From positions 7,630,680 to 7,681,085 of the forward strand of contig NC_068984.1 of NCBI RefSeq assembly GCF_001194135.2: 50,406 nucleotides of DNA, given 5' to 3'. Both the position numbers and the translations under genes were made by a program. Position 1 is the stretch's first letter, and the number at the start of each line of letters is the position of its first letter. This document shows positions 48,870-50,406 of this stretch, piece by piece. The DNA is from Octopus bimaculoides (taxonomy: Eukaryota). Under the pieces are notes generated by a model. That model saw only the letters and a list, made by a program, of their open reading frames with translations. It was not told the DNA's origin and did no database searches.

Positions 48870-49685
48870 CATTGGACTGCAGCCAAGCTGGGGCACTGCC
48901 TTCAAGTGTTTCGTCTAAGATATTGACCCGATATTCTTTTGTTTATTTTTATTCTTGAAATTATTCTATACATGCGTGCTTGCCGAACCGCAAAGTTACG
49001 TTCATGTGGAACAATCTAACACTGGTTATGAAGTGCTTGTTGTGGACAAACACAAGCACAAACACACAAACGTAGATACACACACATTGATACACACACA
49101 CGTAGATACACACGCACGTAGATACACACGCACATAGATACACACGCACACGTAGATACACACACGTTGATACACATACATTGATACACGCACGTTAGTA
49201 GGCGCACGTAGATGCACAGATACGTAGATACACACACACGTTAATACACATACATTGATAGACGCACGTCGATACACACTCACACGAAGATACACACACA
49301 CACACACATAGATACACACATATGCAGATACACACACCTGCATGTATATGTATATATCTTCTTCCTTGGTTGTGCGTCGTGAGTCGACGCTGGCTGTTCT
49401 TATCCAATATTCATCTCCGACCGTCTCTCATGTGATCCGCAGCAGAGACTACACTCGCTGCAGGTGAAACACTTTGGCGCAATGTGTATGTGTGTGAGTG
49501 TTTGTATGTATGTATGGATACGACGGGCTTCTTTCAGTTTCCGTGTACCAAATCCATTCACGTGGCTTTGGTCGGTCCATGGCCATTGTAGAAGACATTT
49601 GTCCATGCTGCCTCACATTCACACAGAGGGGCTGCACTCCCCGAATCGTGTAGTTGAGAAGCAAGTGTCTTACCACACTGCCACG

Positions 49686-49690
<5 letters not shown>
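48870..49690 (-). mobile_element. SINE-A whose internal tract has expanded into a CACGTAGATACA-type minisatellite (~49060-49340)
   Basis: Tail at 48870-49050 (GGACTGCAGCCAAGCTGGGGCAC); head half at 49520-49690 (ACGACGGGCTTCTTTCAGTTTCCG...CTTACCACACTGCCAC). Confidence 0.7.
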
Positions 49691-49736
<46 letters not shown>

Positions 49737-49864
49737 GNNNNNNNNNNGAGAGAGAGAGAGAGAGAGGGAGAGAGAGAGAGAGAGAGGGAGAGAGAGAGAG
49801 GGACAGAGAGAGAGACAAACAGGCATACAGATAGAGATAGAGACAGAGACAGAGAGAGACAGAG

Positions 49865-49919
<55 letters not shown>

Positions 49920-49940
49920 CAGACAGATAGACAGATAGAT
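49688..49940. repeat. (GA)n and (GATA)n satellites
   Basis: Direct reading. Confidence 0.95.
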
Positions 49941-50406
49941 AGTGTTTGAATATGATGATATTGTGCACCGTTATCGATTCACTTTCCAATCTATACACAC
50001 AACACAATGTTCACTAATTTAAACATCAACTTCTCGAGCAAAGAGTTTGAAAACAATATTTCATACGGTTCTTAATACAAACTGGTTTATCGTAGTTTAG
50101 TGTCTTTACATAAACTGGTTATCTCATCTTAGCACACATTTCAGATTAATGGATTATTTCAGATTCTGTCTACACGCAACAGGAAGATTTTATTGTGAGC
50201 GATTGCGCAGGTATTTGGTATTTATTTGAGTCCTCTTCAGTACAGAGCATTGCTTGTTAATACCCATGTCTCTTCTTGAAATTACTTGCTCCTGCCAGAA
50301 AACATGGGCTAAGTGTTCGAGTACACCTACGGCCGGAATCGCCCACATGCACATGTGGCAGGCGCATGAGTTTGTGTGCGCATGCCTAAGTGTTTATATA
50401 TACATA

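Noticed and set aside
50200-50406. GCGCATG (NRF1-like) words and slight CpG enrichment at the window end
   Set aside because: Short motifs within CA/TG-rich sequence, with no TSS evidence.

Overview
AT-rich eukaryotic DNA dominated by microsatellites, with 14 N-gaps, most flanked by (TA)n. I found no intact host protein-coding gene. The long ORFs in the track are read-throughs of N runs or simple repeats. The repeat landscape resembles a cephalopod (Octopus) genome; this is inference from recalled SINE sequences, not a database result. Contents: (1) many copies of two abundant tRNA-derived SINE families, here called SINE-A (internal microsatellite) and SINE-B (includes a recurrent dimer), plus CORE-like SINEs; (2) a full-length but dead mariner with both TIRs and TA target duplication (12623-13933); (3) a decayed maT/DD37D-like Tc1/mariner (~35740-36864); (4) decayed non-LTR fragments: R4/Dong-like (three), HERO/NeSL-like RT and an RTE 3' end; (5) a Tigger-like end. 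The most notable signal is a set of minimal type I hammerhead-ribozyme motifs of the Penelope-like (PLE) kind, in three unrelated repeat families. One is the 3' module of a composite element (tRNA head + (TAA)n + hammerhead tail, 30521-30799, minus strand) with an inverted partial copy at its 5' end. This suggests a ribozyme-bearing SINE mobilised by PLE machinery. Repeat boundaries were read by eye and are approximate to about 10-20 bp.
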